A stretch of 64,000 nt of DNA from an uncultured Gammaproteobacteria bacterium (GCA_963748215.1 CAVVHS010000004.1:38737-102736), one strand, 5' to 3'; shown: positions 42,856 to 54,235, counted from the stretch's first letter. Numbers and translations: made by a program. The notes: generated by a model not told the origin, from the sequence alone.

Positions 42856-43611
42856 TTACCCGACGATGAGCTTGATCCCGACCAGCAGCGTCACCACTTC
42901 GAAGGCCCGCTTGATCCAGCGGTTGCCCGAGCGAATGGCAAGATGCGCGCCGAGGTAACCACCCAGCAGCGAACCGAGCAGCAGCGCCGGCAACCAGCTC
43001 CAGCGGATATCACCGAGGATGCCCAGCATCATCGCGCCGGTCCCGTTCCAGAACACGCCGACCAGGATCAGGGTATAGGCGATGGCGCGCCGGTAATCGA
43101 GGCCGAACCAGCGCACCAGCCAGAGTGTCACGAACAGGCCGGTGCCGGAGGTCAGCGAACCGTTCAGCACACCGATGGCGAATAACACCACCCCGCCCCA
43201 CAGACGGGCACGCGTGCCGCGGTTGACGGGAATCACAGTCTGGCCGAGATTCGGGTGCAGCCAGGAATAAATACCCAATCCTGCTGTCAACATACCCAGT
43301 GCGATCTCGGCCATGCGCTCGTCCACGCCGAGGATGATATTGGCGCCCAGCAGGACGCCCGGAAGGCCGCTGATCAGGATTGTCGCCGCAAGACGACGCT
43401 CCAGCGGCGCCTCTCTCAAGTGCCTGATTGTAGCGCCGATACCCAATGCAACGCTCGCGACCTTGTGCGTCGCGAGTGCTATGGCAAATGGCAGGCCGAG
43501 GAAGATGAGCACGGGAAGCTGGATCAGTCCGGCACCACCTCCCGAAAATGCGGAAAAGACATTGGCCAGCAGAGACAGGAGGAAAAGGATGAGTTGTTCC
43601 GGCAGGTCCAC
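42856..43611 (-). CDS. Sulfite exporter TauE/SafE family membrane protein
   Basis: SAFSGGGAGLI, ALATHK, GSLTSGTGLF, GGYLGA. Confidence 0.85.
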   Translation of the reverse strand: MDLPEQLILFLLSLLANVFSAFSGGGAGLIQLPVLIFLGLPFAIALATHKVASVALGIGATIRHLREAPLERRLAATILISGLPGVLLGANIILGVDERMAEIALGMLTAGLGIYSWLHPNLGQTVIPVNRGTRARLWGGVVLFAIGVLNGSLTSGTGLFVTLWLVRWFGLDYRRAIAYTLILVGVFWNGTGAMMLGILGDIRWSWLPALLLGSLLGGYLGAHLAIRSGNRWIKRAFEVVTLLVGIKLIVG

Positions 43612-43703
43612 GTTTTCTCCCGTTTCCCGTTTGCGGTATATTGCGCAATCAGCAGGGTTGCAGAAATTTGCATGCGCAACAAGACTGGTAAACTGACCCA
43701 GAA

Positions 43704-44741
43704 ATGAAGAGAAGCATCTGCACAATCCGCTGCCTGCTGGCGATCCCGGCACTGTTGCTTGCCGGCTCGGCACTGGCCGAGCGTGCCTACAAGTGGGTCG
43801 ATGCGGATGGCAATATCCAGTACACCAACCGTCTGCCACCCGAAGCGGCATTGACCGAGCGCAAGGAAATCAACGAACAGGGTCGCGTCGTCAAGGTCTA
43901 CAAGGCACCGCCGACCGCGGAAGAGAAGGCCGAGGCAAAACGACTCGAAGAACTGGAAGCGAAGGTAAACGAGCGTGCCGAAAAACGCGCCATTCACGAC
44001 CGCAGCCTGCTTGCCACCTACTCCAGCAAGGACGACATGCTGAAGGCACAGGATAACAAGATTTCAATGGTGCAGGGCATGGTGAAGCTGACCCACAGCC
44101 GCATCCGGTCGATGCAGGAGCGCCTGCTCGTGCTGACCGAGGAAGCCGCCAGCTACGAACGCAGCGGCAAGGAACTGCCCTTCACACTGCAGCACCAGAT
44201 CAAGAACCTGCGCGACCAGATCACCCACAACAAGGAATTCTCGCTCGACAAGGCGGCGGAAATCGAGGAAATCAGGAAGCAGTTCGCCTTTGACGCGAAA
44301 CGCTACGAAGAACTCACCTCCGGCACGCCACCCAAACCGGACAAGCGCAGGTCGGCACTTGATCTCGCCATGAACCATCCCGACCTCGACCTGGACCGGC
44401 GTGACCGCACCCTGCTGAGCACGTTCACCAGTGAGGACGACCTCGTGTTCGCGCGCAACGAGGAACTGGAAGTGCTGGACCGCGATATAAAACAGGCCTA
44501 CTACGATATAGACGGTCTGCAGAGGCACCTGGCAGAGCTGTCCGACAATGCCGACGAATACGAAAAGCGCGGCGAGGTGCTGCCGAACGACCTGATCAAC
44601 CAGATGAAGGACGTCATATCGGAAATCACGATCAGCGAGACCAGGCTGCAGGCGAAGCGCCGGGAAAAGGCGAGCGCCGAGCAGAAATATGCCAGTGACA
44701 TCGAGCGCTTCCGCTTCCTGATTTCCAGCATCAGCCGCTAG
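43704..44741 (+). CDS. DUF4124-domain exported protein with a duplicated coiled-coil module
   Basis: Signal peptide, YKWVDADGNIQY..PP; DRSLLATYSS and DRTLLSTFTS repeats. Confidence 0.8.
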   Translation: MKRSICTIRCLLAIPALLLAGSALAERAYKWVDADGNIQYTNRLPPEAALTERKEINEQGRVVKVYKAPPTAEEKAEAKRLEELEAKVNERAEKRAIHDRSLLATYSSKDDMLKAQDNKISMVQGMVKLTHSRIRSMQERLLVLTEEAASYERSGKELPFTLQHQIKNLRDQITHNKEFSLDKAAEIEEIRKQFAFDAKRYEELTSGTPPKPDKRRSALDLAMNHPDLDLDRRDRTLLSTFTSEDDLVFARNEELEVLDRDIKQAYYDIDGLQRHLAELSDNADEYEKRGEVLPNDLINQMKDVISEITISETRLQAKRREKASAEQKYASDIERFRFLISSISR

Positions 44742-44751
44742 CCCGCACCGG

Positions 44752-45687
<936 letters not shown>

Positions 45688-45754
45688 TTACGCGTGAGCA
45701 CGGCGGGCTCACAAGGGCCAGGCGGGACGACGCCGGCCCTGCGCGTGTCGGCGG

Positions 45755-48382
45755 CTAGAACGGCAGCGACAAGTCGCTCTTGACCTGCAGCATGGCGCGG
45801 CGGAAATCTTCCATAATCCGCGCCAGCGCGGCTTCGGTATCGGCCTCGAAACGCAGCACCAGCACCGGCGTGGTATTCGAGGCGCGCACCAGGCCCCAGC
45901 CGTCCTCGAAATCCACGCGCAGACCATCGATGGTCGATACCGTGGCATTCTCGAAGTGCGCGTTCTCGAGCAGGCGGCCGATGAACTGCTGCGGCTCACC
46001 TTCACGCATGGGAACGTTGAGTTCCGGAGTATTGATGCTGTCCGGCAGTTCCGCGAAAACCTCGGTACTGCTGCGCATGTCCTTGCCGAGGATTTCCAGC
46101 AGCCGCGCGGCGGCATACAGAGCGTCATCGAAACCGAACCAGCGCTCCTTGATGAAGATGTGACCGCTCATCTCTCCGGCCAGCAATGCGCCGCTTTCGC
46201 GAATCTTGGCCTTGATGAAAGAGTGTCCGGTCTTCCACATCAGCGGCTCGCCGCCGTGATCGTGAATGATCTTGTCGAGATGACGGGTGCATTTCACGTC
46301 GTAGATGATCTGTCCACCCGGATTGCGTTCCAGGATATCCATCGCGTACAGCATCAGTACGCGGTCCGGCCAGATGATCGTGCCGTCGGCCGCCACCACG
46401 CCAAGCCGGTCGCCGTCACCGTCGAAGGCCAGGCCGATGTCGGCATGTCCGGTCCGTACCGCGTTGATCAGGTCGGTGAGGTTGGCCGTCTTGCTCGGAT
46501 CGGGATGGTGGTTCGGGAAATTGCCGTCCACGTCGCAGTACAACTCGGTCAGGGTGCAACCCAGCGAACGCAGCAGATCGGGCGCGACGGCGCCGGCCAC
46601 CCCGTTGCCGCAATCGATCACCACGCGCAGTGGGCGCGCCAGGCTGACATCGCCGCGGATACGCTCGATGTAGTCCGGAATGACATTGATGGTTTCGACG
46701 CTGCCGGCACCGGATATGAAATTGCCGGCCTCGATACGCTCGCGCAGGTCCTGGATCGAGTTACCGGACAGGGTTTCCCCGTCGATCACGATCTTCAGGC
46801 CGTTGTAGTCGGGCGGGTTGTGACTGCCGGTCACGACGACGCCGCTCTGCGTATCCAGGTAGTAGGTCGCGAAGTAGAGCACCGGTGTCGGTACGCAGCC
46901 GATATCCTTCACGTTGCAACCGGTCGAGGTGATGCCTTCAACCAGGGCATCGACCAGGATCGGTCCGGACAGGCGCCCGTCACGGGCGACCACGATTTCG
47001 TTGCGTCCACGCTGCAGTGCCTCGCTGCCGATTGCCCGACCGATAAGGTACACAGCCTCCACGGTCAGCGTCTTGTCCACTACACCCCGTATGTCATAGG
47101 CACGGAAAATCGACGGATCGATTCCGGCTGCAACTTTCGTGTCCGGCATGCCTTCCTCCACAATCAGGTTGTCGCTGGATATGGCCGACGTGAAATTCGC
47201 GGCGCCCGCTGACGGGTATTCATCATGTTCCTCAACGCTGATCCCGGCAGCAGGCGTTTCATTCTGCGCGCTGTCGTCACGATCTTCCTTGCGCCGGTTT
47301 TGCCCGCGCTGCTCGCCGGGCTCCCTGGCACTGGCCGCCAGCTGCACCATGAAATCGATGGTGGATTGCAGCTCGGCAAGACCGCCCCCCTTGTCGCGCC
47401 GTACCCGGCCATCGCGAAAGTCTTTCATCAGCGTCACGATGGTGACCTCGTCCTGGCGCAGTGCATTGACCAGACGACGGAACAGCACGTTTACGAGGGC
47501 AGCGAATAATAGCACCGTGGTCAACAGGGCGCCGATCACCCAGAAACTGATACCGGACAGGTAGGCCAGGCTGCCGGTCTCGGGCCACCAGGCGATCTGC
47601 CAGCGGGTATGCTCTATGGGCACGACGCGCTCCGCCTGCCCGGACTTGATGGACGGATCACCACGCGCGGCGACTACCACCGGCGCGCCCTTCTCGCCTG
47701 CCTGGCGCAGTTCGATGTAACCGTGCAGTTCCTTCAGGTCATCGAGGATACCCTGCAGCACATCGTTGGACAGTGACAGCATGATGTGACCGATCACGCC
47801 GGTACCGGCTGGATCCATGACCTTGCGCACGATATTGACGTGCTGTTGCGGCGTGTTGAACAGGTGCACCTCGACGGGCGGCGGCTTGTTGCCGGCCTCG
47901 GCGGCGCCCATCTGGGCCAGTGCAGCGTAACTCAGCGGTGGCGATGCCTGCGGGTCCACCATGGTCATGCCAGGCGACAGCAGGCGCACGTTGATCGCCG
48001 TCGGAAATACATAGCGCAGCGATTCCTCACGGGCGCTGCGCTCGGCCGCGGTACCGATCATCAGGATGTCGGCAATCTCGGGATCCTTGGCCAGCAGCGC
48101 CGCGCTGGCACCGTAATAGTCGGCCATCGCGGCAACCCGGGCGGCAAGCAGGTCGGTGGTGGTGACAGTCTCCTGGTCCTTCGCGGCCACGATGTAGAGT
48201 GCCATCACCTGGAACAGGACATAGGCCAGCGCCGCCAGCAGCAAGATACCGGCGAACATCAGCTGGATGCGGACCCGGGCCAGGCTGGCCGACTGTGCCG
48301 GTCCGGGCGCCCGGGAAGATTTAGCGGCCGGTTTCTTCGCGGCCTTGCGGGGCTTGCGGGAACCGGGTAAAGGAAATTTCAT
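45755..48382 (-). CDS. algC: Phosphomannomutase/phosphoglucomutase with a membrane-anchored N-terminal extension
   Basis: IFRAYDIRG, TGSHNP, FDGDGDR, GEMSGH, VRASNT; about 420-aa N-terminal region with two TM segments. Confidence 0.93.
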   Translation of the reverse strand: MKFPLPGSRKPRKAAKKPAAKSSRAPGPAQSASLARVRIQLMFAGILLLAALAYVLFQVMALYIVAAKDQETVTTTDLLAARVAAMADYYGASAALLAKDPEIADILMIGTAAERSAREESLRYVFPTAINVRLLSPGMTMVDPQASPPLSYAALAQMGAAEAGNKPPPVEVHLFNTPQQHVNIVRKVMDPAGTGVIGHIMLSLSNDVLQGILDDLKELHGYIELRQAGEKGAPVVVAARGDPSIKSGQAERVVPIEHTRWQIAWWPETGSLAYLSGISFWVIGALLTTVLLFAALVNVLFRRLVNALRQDEVTIVTLMKDFRDGRVRRDKGGGLAELQSTIDFMVQLAASAREPGEQRGQNRRKEDRDDSAQNETPAAGISVEEHDEYPSAGAANFTSAISSDNLIVEEGMPDTKVAAGIDPSIFRAYDIRGVVDKTLTVEAVYLIGRAIGSEALQRGRNEIVVARDGRLSGPILVDALVEGITSTGCNVKDIGCVPTPVLYFATYYLDTQSGVVVTGSHNPPDYNGLKIVIDGETLSGNSIQDLRERIEAGNFISGAGSVETINVIPDYIERIRGDVSLARPLRVVIDCGNGVAGAVAPDLLRSLGCTLTELYCDVDGNFPNHHPDPSKTANLTDLINAVRTGHADIGLAFDGDGDRLGVVAADGTIIWPDRVLMLYAMDILERNPGGQIIYDVKCTRHLDKIIHDHGGEPLMWKTGHSFIKAKIRESGALLAGEMSGHIFIKERWFGFDDALYAAARLLEILGKDMRSSTEVFAELPDSINTPELNVPMREGEPQQFIGRLLENAHFENATVSTIDGLRVDFEDGWGLVRASNTTPVLVLRFEADTEAALARIMEDFRRAMLQVKSDLSLPF

Positions 48383-48470
48383 CGCAATCCTTCAGCTAAC
48401 TGTAACAATCTGAGTAATTTGGGATTTTTAATGCAAATACGCTATCGGCAGAGGGGCTGCTTGATTGAAC

Positions 48471-48926
48471 TCAGTGCCTGCCGGTATGACCGAAGCCACC
48501 ATCGCCCCGGTCGCTGGCAACGAATTCCTCGACCACCTCGAAATCGGCATGAACCACCGGCACGATCACGAGCTGCGCAATGCGCTCGCCGGGTACCACC
48601 GTGAACGGTTCGCTGCCGCGGTTCCAGCAGGACACGAAGACCTGGCCCTGATAGTCGGAGTCGATCAGTCCAACCAGATTGCCCAGCACAATGCCATGCT
48701 TGTGGCCCAGGCCGGAGCGCGGCAGCAGGATGGCCGCCAGCCCGGCATCCTCGACATGAATGGCCAGGCCGGTGGGAATCAGGTGGGTCTCACCCGGGGC
48801 GATTTCCAGCGGGGTCTCGACGCAGGCGCGCATGTCCATGCCGGCCGAGCCGGCGGTGGCGTAGTGCGGCAGGGGAAACTCGCTGCCCAGGCGCTTGTCG
48901 AGAATCTTAAGCTGAATCTTTTGCAT
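48471..48926 (-). CDS. dut: dUTPase
   Basis: [31 protein letters not shown]. Confidence 0.97.
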   Translation of the reverse strand: MQKIQLKILDKRLGSEFPLPHYATAGSAGMDMRACVETPLEIAPGETHLIPTGLAIHVEDAGLAAILLPRSGLGHKHGIVLGNLVGLIDSDYQGQVFVSCWNRGSEPFTVVPGERIAQLVIVPVVHADFEVVEEFVASDRGDGGFGHTGRH

Positions 48927-50142
48927 TGAACGGGATTACCTTGTTGCCCCTGTCATTGAATCGTTCCGTGATCAGCACCAGCAGTTGCCGCGCCAGCCTG
49001 GCCTTGCCGGTGAGCGGCAGTTCGCATTCGCCGTCTGCCCAGATCACATGCAGGGCGTTGTCCGCGGCGTCGAAACCCCGGCCGGCACCGACCCGGTTCG
49101 CCGCGATCATGTCGACGCCCTTCGCCAGCCGCTTGGCACGCGCATGCTCGACCACCGCTTCGGTCTCGGCGGCAAAACCGACCGTGAAGGGAGCCTGCGG
49201 CGACGCGGCGACCTCGGCCAGGATGTCCGGGTTGCGCACCAGCGTCAGCGCCAGCTGCCCGGCCGTCTTCTTCAACTTGTGCCCGGCCGGCCGCTCCGGC
49301 CGGTAGTCGGCCACGGCCGCGACGGCGATGAAAATATCACAGTTCACCACCTCTTCACGCACGGCGCGTTGCATATCCGTGGCGCTGACGACGTCGATGC
49401 GCCTTACCCGCGGCGGCGTTGCCAGGCTGACCGGGCCGCACACCAGGATCACTTCGGCTCCTGCCTCGACAGCAGCCTGCGCCACGGCAAAGCCCATGCG
49501 GCCCGAGCTGTGATTGCTGATATAGCGCACCGGATCGATCGCCTCACGCGTGGGACCCGCGGTGACCAGCACCCGGGTGCCTGCCAGCGCACCGGTTTCG
49601 AACAGGCCGGCAATGGCGCTCACCAGTTCGCCCGGTTCCAGCAACCGGCCCGGACCGGTTTCGCCGCAGGCCTGCTCGCCCAGCGCTGGTCCGAACACAG
49701 GGATACCGCGCGTGCGCAGCGCTGCAATGTTGTCACGCGTCGCCGCATTCTCCCACATGGCATGGTTCATGGCCGGCGCAATCGCCACCGGTGCCTCGCA
49801 AGCCAGCGCCACGGCAGTCAACAGGTCGTCCGCCCGGCCCTGGGCCAGCCGCGCAATGAAATCCGCAGTGGCCGGCGCGATCAACAGGGCATCCGCCCAG
49901 CGCGCCAGCTCGATATGTCCCATCGCGGCCTCGGCCCCCTCGTCGAGCAGCCCGGTGTGCACCGGGTTGCCGGACAAGGCCTGCAGGGTCAGCGGCGTGA
50001 TGAACTGTTGTGCCGCCGCCGTCATCACCACGCGTACCAGTGCACCCTGCGCACGCAGCTGGCGGATCAGCTCCGCGCTCTTGTAGGCAGCGATGCCGCC
50101 GGTCACGCCCAGCAGCAGGTGTTTGCCGGATAAGGTATTCAT
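48907..50142 (-). CDS. coaBC: Phosphopantothenoylcysteine decarboxylase/ligase
   Basis: [40 protein letters not shown]. Confidence 0.96.
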   Translation of the reverse strand: MNTLSGKHLLLGVTGGIAAYKSAELIRQLRAQGALVRVVMTAAAQQFITPLTLQALSGNPVHTGLLDEGAEAAMGHIELARWADALLIAPATADFIARLAQGRADDLLTAVALACEAPVAIAPAMNHAMWENAATRDNIAALRTRGIPVFGPALGEQACGETGPGRLLEPGELVSAIAGLFETGALAGTRVLVTAGPTREAIDPVRYISNHSSGRMGFAVAQAAVEAGAEVILVCGPVSLATPPRVRRIDVVSATDMQRAVREEVVNCDIFIAVAAVADYRPERPAGHKLKKTAGQLALTLVRNPDILAEVAASPQAPFTVGFAAETEAVVEHARAKRLAKGVDMIAANRVGAGRGFDAADNALHVIWADGECELPLTGKARLARQLLVLITERFNDRGNKVIPFNAKDSA

Positions 50143-50261
50143 ACCGCTGGAGTTTAACAGAAGATCGGGCGGCGAAAACCTGAAAAGCGTCTCCCGCGAG
50201 CATACCAGGGCGCCGAGCTCACGGAGATAATACATGCATACGCACGCAGGCTGGGCAGGAC

Positions 50262-50483
50262 CCTGCAGGAGCGGATCCCATCCGCGATCATTTTAAACAC
50301 CCCATCGCGCATGAGATGCGCTCCTGCCCTGAGAGTCGTTGTAGGGTGCACTCCGTGCACCGTGAACGGTGCGTAAAACGCACCCTACGGTCCCTAATCA
50401 ATACACGCGTAGGAACTGACGCGGTCCGCGAACAAATCAGGCTCCGGTCGCCATCGATGCGCTTCGTGCCTCACCGCTCCTAC
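50262..50483. repeat. REP-A doublet, REP-B doublet and degenerate REP arms
   Basis: 50262-50438 aligns by eye with 54612-54789, spacers included. Confidence 0.85.
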
Positions 50484-50539
50484 GATCACCCGGGGTTTCT
50501 CCCGATGTACGGCCATCGGTTCATCGGCAAAAATGAGGC

Positions 50540-51217
50540 ATGCATACCATCAGGGACTGGCCGGCGGGCGAGCGGCCACGCGAAAAACTGCTGCGGCACG
50601 GCCCCGGCATGCTGTCGGATGCCGAGCTGCTGGCGATCTTCCTGCGCACCGGCCTGCGCGGCAAGACCGCCGTCGACCTGGCACGCGAGCTGCTGGCCGC
50701 CTTCGGCAGCCTGCGGGTGCTGCTGGACGCCGACCGCACGGCGTTCTGCGCCCATGCCGGGCTGGGCGACGCGAAATTCGCCCAGCTGCAGGCGATACTG
50801 GAGATGGCACGCCGGCACCTGCAGGAGCAGCTCAGTCGCGAGGATACGCTGGAAAACCCGGACACCACGCGCCGCTTCCTCACCGCCCGCCTGCGCCACC
50901 TGCCGCACGAGGTATTCGCCTGCCTGTTCCTCGACAACCGCCACCGTGTGATCGCCTTCGAGGAACTGTTCCGCGGCACCATCGACGGCGCCAGCGTGCA
51001 TCCGCGCGAAGTGGTGCGGCGCGTGCTGCACTTCAACGCCGCGGCCGTGATCCTGGCCCACAACCACCCGTCCGGGGTGCCGGAGCCCAGCCGCGCCGAC
51101 GTGCAGCTGACGCGCCGGCTGGTGGACGCCCTGGCGCTGGTCGATGTGCGCGTGCTGGATCACTTTATTGTGGGGGAAGGCAGCGGCGTGTCCTTTGCCG
51201 AACGCGGGCTGATTTGA
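50540..51217 (+). CDS. radC: RadC/JAB-domain protein
   Basis: [35 protein letters not shown]. Confidence 0.95.
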   Translation: MHTIRDWPAGERPREKLLRHGPGMLSDAELLAIFLRTGLRGKTAVDLARELLAAFGSLRVLLDADRTAFCAHAGLGDAKFAQLQAILEMARRHLQEQLSREDTLENPDTTRRFLTARLRHLPHEVFACLFLDNRHRVIAFEELFRGTIDGASVHPREVVRRVLHFNAAAVILAHNHPSGVPEPSRADVQLTRRLVDALALVDVRVLDHFIVGEGSGVSFAERGLI

Positions 51218-51343
51218 CAGACCACTGAAATCATTGAGAAAATCCTCCAGCGCCGGTGACCTGCCGGGTTGTATCCGGCGATCCTTTCTGGTATAAAATG
51301 CGCCCTTCCCGCTGATGGCGGGCTTTTTCAGAGGTTCAGAGCA

Positions 51344-51580
51344 ATGTCCAGAGTATGCCAGGTCACGGGAAAGCGTCCGCAGAGCGGCAATAACGTCTCC
51401 CACGCCAACAACAGAACCCGTCGCCGCTTCCTGCCCAACCTGCACGAGCACCGCTTCTGGGTGGAAGGAGAAAAGCGCTTCGTCAAGCTGCGCGTCTCGA
51501 ACAAGGGCATGCGCATCATCGACAAGAAGGGCATCGACAGCGTGCTGGCCGAATTGCGCGCCCGCGGCGAGAAGGTTTAG
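51344..51580 (+). CDS. rpmB: 50S ribosomal protein L28
   Basis: [21 protein letters not shown]. Confidence 0.98.
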   Translation: MSRVCQVTGKRPQSGNNVSHANNRTRRRFLPNLHEHRFWVEGEKRFVKLRVSNKGMRIIDKKGIDSVLAELRARGEKV

Positions 51581-51592
51581 GGAGAACACACC

Positions 51593-51748
51593 ATGCGTGA
51601 CAAGATCAGACTCGTCTCCAGCGCCGGCACCGGCCACTTCTACACCACCACGAAGAACAAACGCAACATGCCGGAGAAGATGGAAATCAAGAAATTCGAC
51701 CCCGTGGTACGCAAGCACGTGATGTACAAGGAAGCCAAGATCAAGTAA
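51593..51748 (+). CDS. rpmG: 50S ribosomal protein L33
   Basis: [24 protein letters not shown]...[19 protein letters not shown] (51 aa, below the ORF-track cutoff). Confidence 0.98.
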   Translation: MRDKIRLVSSAGTGHFYTTTKNKRNMPEKMEIKKFDPVVRKHVMYKEAKIK

Positions 51749-51772
51749 TCCCGGTCCAACGTCATTGCACCG

Positions 51773-51800
51773 AAAAAAACCCGGCCCTGCCGGGTTTTTT
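51773..51800. terminator. Rho-independent terminator
   Basis: AAAAAAACCCGGC-CCT-GCCGGGTTTTTT after rpmG. Confidence 0.9.
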
Positions 51801-51907
51801 AATGCCCGTGCAGCGCAAGAAATGATGTCGCGCCATGGCGCCGGGAAACATCACGAATTTGCCATAGAGGGTACGGAGAATATTTATTCTGGTGCGGAAT
51901 TCCAAGT

Positions 51908-52106
51908 TGTAGGAGCGAACCGCGTCCGCGATCTTTTTGGGGAAAGGATCGCGCGATGTACAGGGAGAAGGTGAGACCGGGAACCGGTCGAGAAGCTGGC
52001 CTGGGCCATGTACAAGTGTCGCGTGAAGCAGGAGAAGGTGAGTCCGCGCAGCGGACGAGAGACTGGCCTGGGCCATGCTGGGAGCGGCCTTGCAAAACGC
52101 TCCTAC
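51908..52106 (+). mobile_element. Composite: REP-A doublet carrying the 51-bp unit, which carries two 42-bp units (copy 2)
   Basis: GTAGGAGCG..CGCGAT / ATCGCGC[51955-52089]TTGCAAAACGCTCCTAC; 42-bp units at 51967-52008 and 52034-52075. Confidence 0.88.
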
Positions 52107-52158
52107 TAAGCAGTATCGATTGCCCGACAAACCAAGGATTGAAAATCTCCGCGGCCTC

Positions 52159-52205
52159 TCGGCAACTGCTCCTGCGTTGCTCTACCTCCTACATCCATGT
52201 AGTCG
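52159..52205 (-). mobile_element. 47-bp double-hairpin unit inserted in another repeat
   Basis: Minus strand CGACTACATGGATGTAGGAGGTAGAGCAACGCAGGAGCAGTTGCCGA interrupts CCTCGCGCA^GAGG, which is uninterrupted at 25922. Confidence 0.7.
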
Positions 52206-52252
52206 TGCGCGAGGCTGTTGTGGAAACTCATGGCGCCTTCGCGAGACAGTCT

Positions 52253-54235
52253 TTACTCCCGCTCCAGCAGCAGATTCCCCACCGCATCGACCGTGCAGGA
52301 CCAGTCCGCCGACAGCCAGGTGGTGGCCACCGTCTCGGTGACCAGCGCGGGGCCATCGAAGCGACACCCCGCGCCCAACGCCTCACGCGCATACACCGGT
52401 ACCGGCCGGGTATGCCCGGCCACGCGGGTGTGACGCGGCGCGGCAGCGCGTCCGGCCGCAAGCCTTGGCAGCCGGACATCGACCGCGGGACCCTGCAACC
52501 CGCAGCGTACGGTGACCAGTTCGACCGGCGTATCCAGGCGATGACCGTAACGCTGTGCATGCAATGCCTCGAATGCCGCCCGCATTGCCGCCAGGCCCTG
52601 CCAGGCAAGATTCAGGGTGTAGGACTGGCCCTGATAGCGCAGATCGAGGCTGAACGTAGCCTCGATGGCGTCGGCACCAACCCCCTCGGCGACGAGTTCC
52701 GCACGGCCATGCGTGGCCAGCGCCTGCAGCTCGTCGACGATCGCCGTCTCGCTGAAACCATCGAGCACACCGGTCAGGGTGCGCGACAGCTGCCGCGACG
52801 GCGGCGCGACCAGCATGCCCAGCGCCGACAGGACCCCGGCATGCACCGGCACCAGCGCACGCACCATGCCGAGCGCCTCCGCCAGCGCGCACACGTGCAG
52901 GCCGCCGGCCCCGCCGAACGAGGTCAGGACCAGATTGCGCGGATCGACACCGCGCTGCACCGAGATCACGCGCAGTGCCTGCGCCATGTGCTCGTTGGCG
53001 ATCGCGATCACGCCCGCGGCCGCTGCCTCGACTCCGACCTGCATTGCTGCCGCGAGCCGCGCCAGCACCTGCTGTGCCGCACCGGCATCCAGTGACATCG
53101 CACCGCCGAGAAAGGCATCCGGCAACAGCCGGCCCAGCACCAGGTTGGCATCGGTCACTGTTGCCTGCGTCCCGCCCAGCCCGTAGCACGCCGGGCCCGG
53201 ATCGGCACCGGCCGACTCCGGCCCGACGGCGAGCAGGCCACCGCTGTCGAGGCTGGCGATCGAGCCACCGCCCGCGCCGATGGTGTGCATGTCGACCATG
53301 GGCACGGCGACCGGCCACGGCCCGATCCGGCCCTCCGAGGTCAGTCGGATATCACCGTCGACCAGCGCGACATCGGTCGACGTGCCGCCCATATCAAAGG
53401 TGAGCAGGCGTGCATGCCCGGCCTGCCGGCCGATACACCGTGCCCCCATCAGGCCGCCGGCCGGGCCGGACAACAGCAGGTGTACCGCCTTGCGGCCGGC
53501 CAGCGCGGCATTGATCGTGCCGCCGCTGCTCTGCATGACCGCCACCGGCGCCGGGGCGAGTGCGGCATTGAGCCGCTCGAGGTAACCGGCCACGCGCGGT
53601 CCGACCCAGGCATTCAGCCAGGTGGCAATACCGCGCTCATATTCCTTGTATTCGGGCAGTACCTCGGAGGAGCGTGCGATGAACAGCCCCCTTGGCAGCC
53701 ACGACTCGATCGTGCGTTCGTCGCTGTCGTCGAGAAAGGAAAACAGCAGGTTGATCGCCACCGCCTCCGGCCTGAACTGCCCGATCAGCGCCAGCAGCCC
53801 GGCACGGTCGGCATCCGTCAGGCTGGAAACGCGCGCGCCGTCCGCACCCAGGCGCGCACCGACCTCCCAGCACAGCTCGCGCGGCACCGGCGGCGGCTCG
53901 GGTCCGGGCTGCAGGTTATACAGCTCGCGGCGCGCCTGGCGACCGATGGTGAGCACGTCAGCCAGCCCGCGGTTGGAGATATAGGCCGTGCGCACGCCCT
54001 TGCGCTCCAGCGCGGCGTTGGTGGCCACGGTGGACCCGTGCACGACATGCAGCCCGGCAGTGGACAGGCCCAGTTCCCCGATACCCTGGAGGATGGCGCG
54101 TTCCGGCGCGGCCGGCGTCGACAGCACCTTGTGGATACGCAGCCGTTCACCGTCGAACAGTACGAAGTCGGTGAAAGTGCCGCCGGTATCGATGCCCAGC
54201 CAGCGCCTCGGGTGGGGTGTGCCGGATTCAGTCAT
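52253..54235 (-). CDS. Hydantoinase A/5-oxoprolinase family protein
   Basis: GIDTGGTFTD, HGSTVATNA, SGPAGG, DMGGTSTD, IGAGGGS, SAGADPGPACY. Confidence 0.93.
   Translation of the reverse strand: MTESGTPHPRRWLGIDTGGTFTDFVLFDGERLRIHKVLSTPAAPERAILQGIGELGLSTAGLHVVHGSTVATNAALERKGVRTAYISNRGLADVLTIGRQARRELYNLQPGPEPPPVPRELCWEVGARLGADGARVSSLTDADRAGLLALIGQFRPEAVAINLLFSFLDDSDERTIESWLPRGLFIARSSEVLPEYKEYERGIATWLNAWVGPRVAGYLERLNAALAPAPVAVMQSSGGTINAALAGRKAVHLLLSGPAGGLMGARCIGRQAGHARLLTFDMGGTSTDVALVDGDIRLTSEGRIGPWPVAVPMVDMHTIGAGGGSIASLDSGGLLAVGPESAGADPGPACYGLGGTQATVTDANLVLGRLLPDAFLGGAMSLDAGAAQQVLARLAAAMQVGVEAAAAGVIAIANEHMAQALRVISVQRGVDPRNLVLTSFGGAGGLHVCALAEALGMVRALVPVHAGVLSALGMLVAPPSRQLSRTLTGVLDGFSETAIVDELQALATHGRAELVAEGVGADAIEATFSLDLRYQGQSYTLNLAWQGLAAMRAAFEALHAQRYGHRLDTPVELVTVRCGLQGPAVDVRLPRLAAGRAAAPRHTRVAGHTRPVPVYAREALGAGCRFDGPALVTETVATTWLSADWSCTVDAVGNLLLERE

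Noticed and set aside
45755-48382. Long N-terminal extension of AlgC as a novelty
   Set aside because: Membrane-anchored long forms of AlgC are already known in Pseudomonas, Xanthomonas and related genera.
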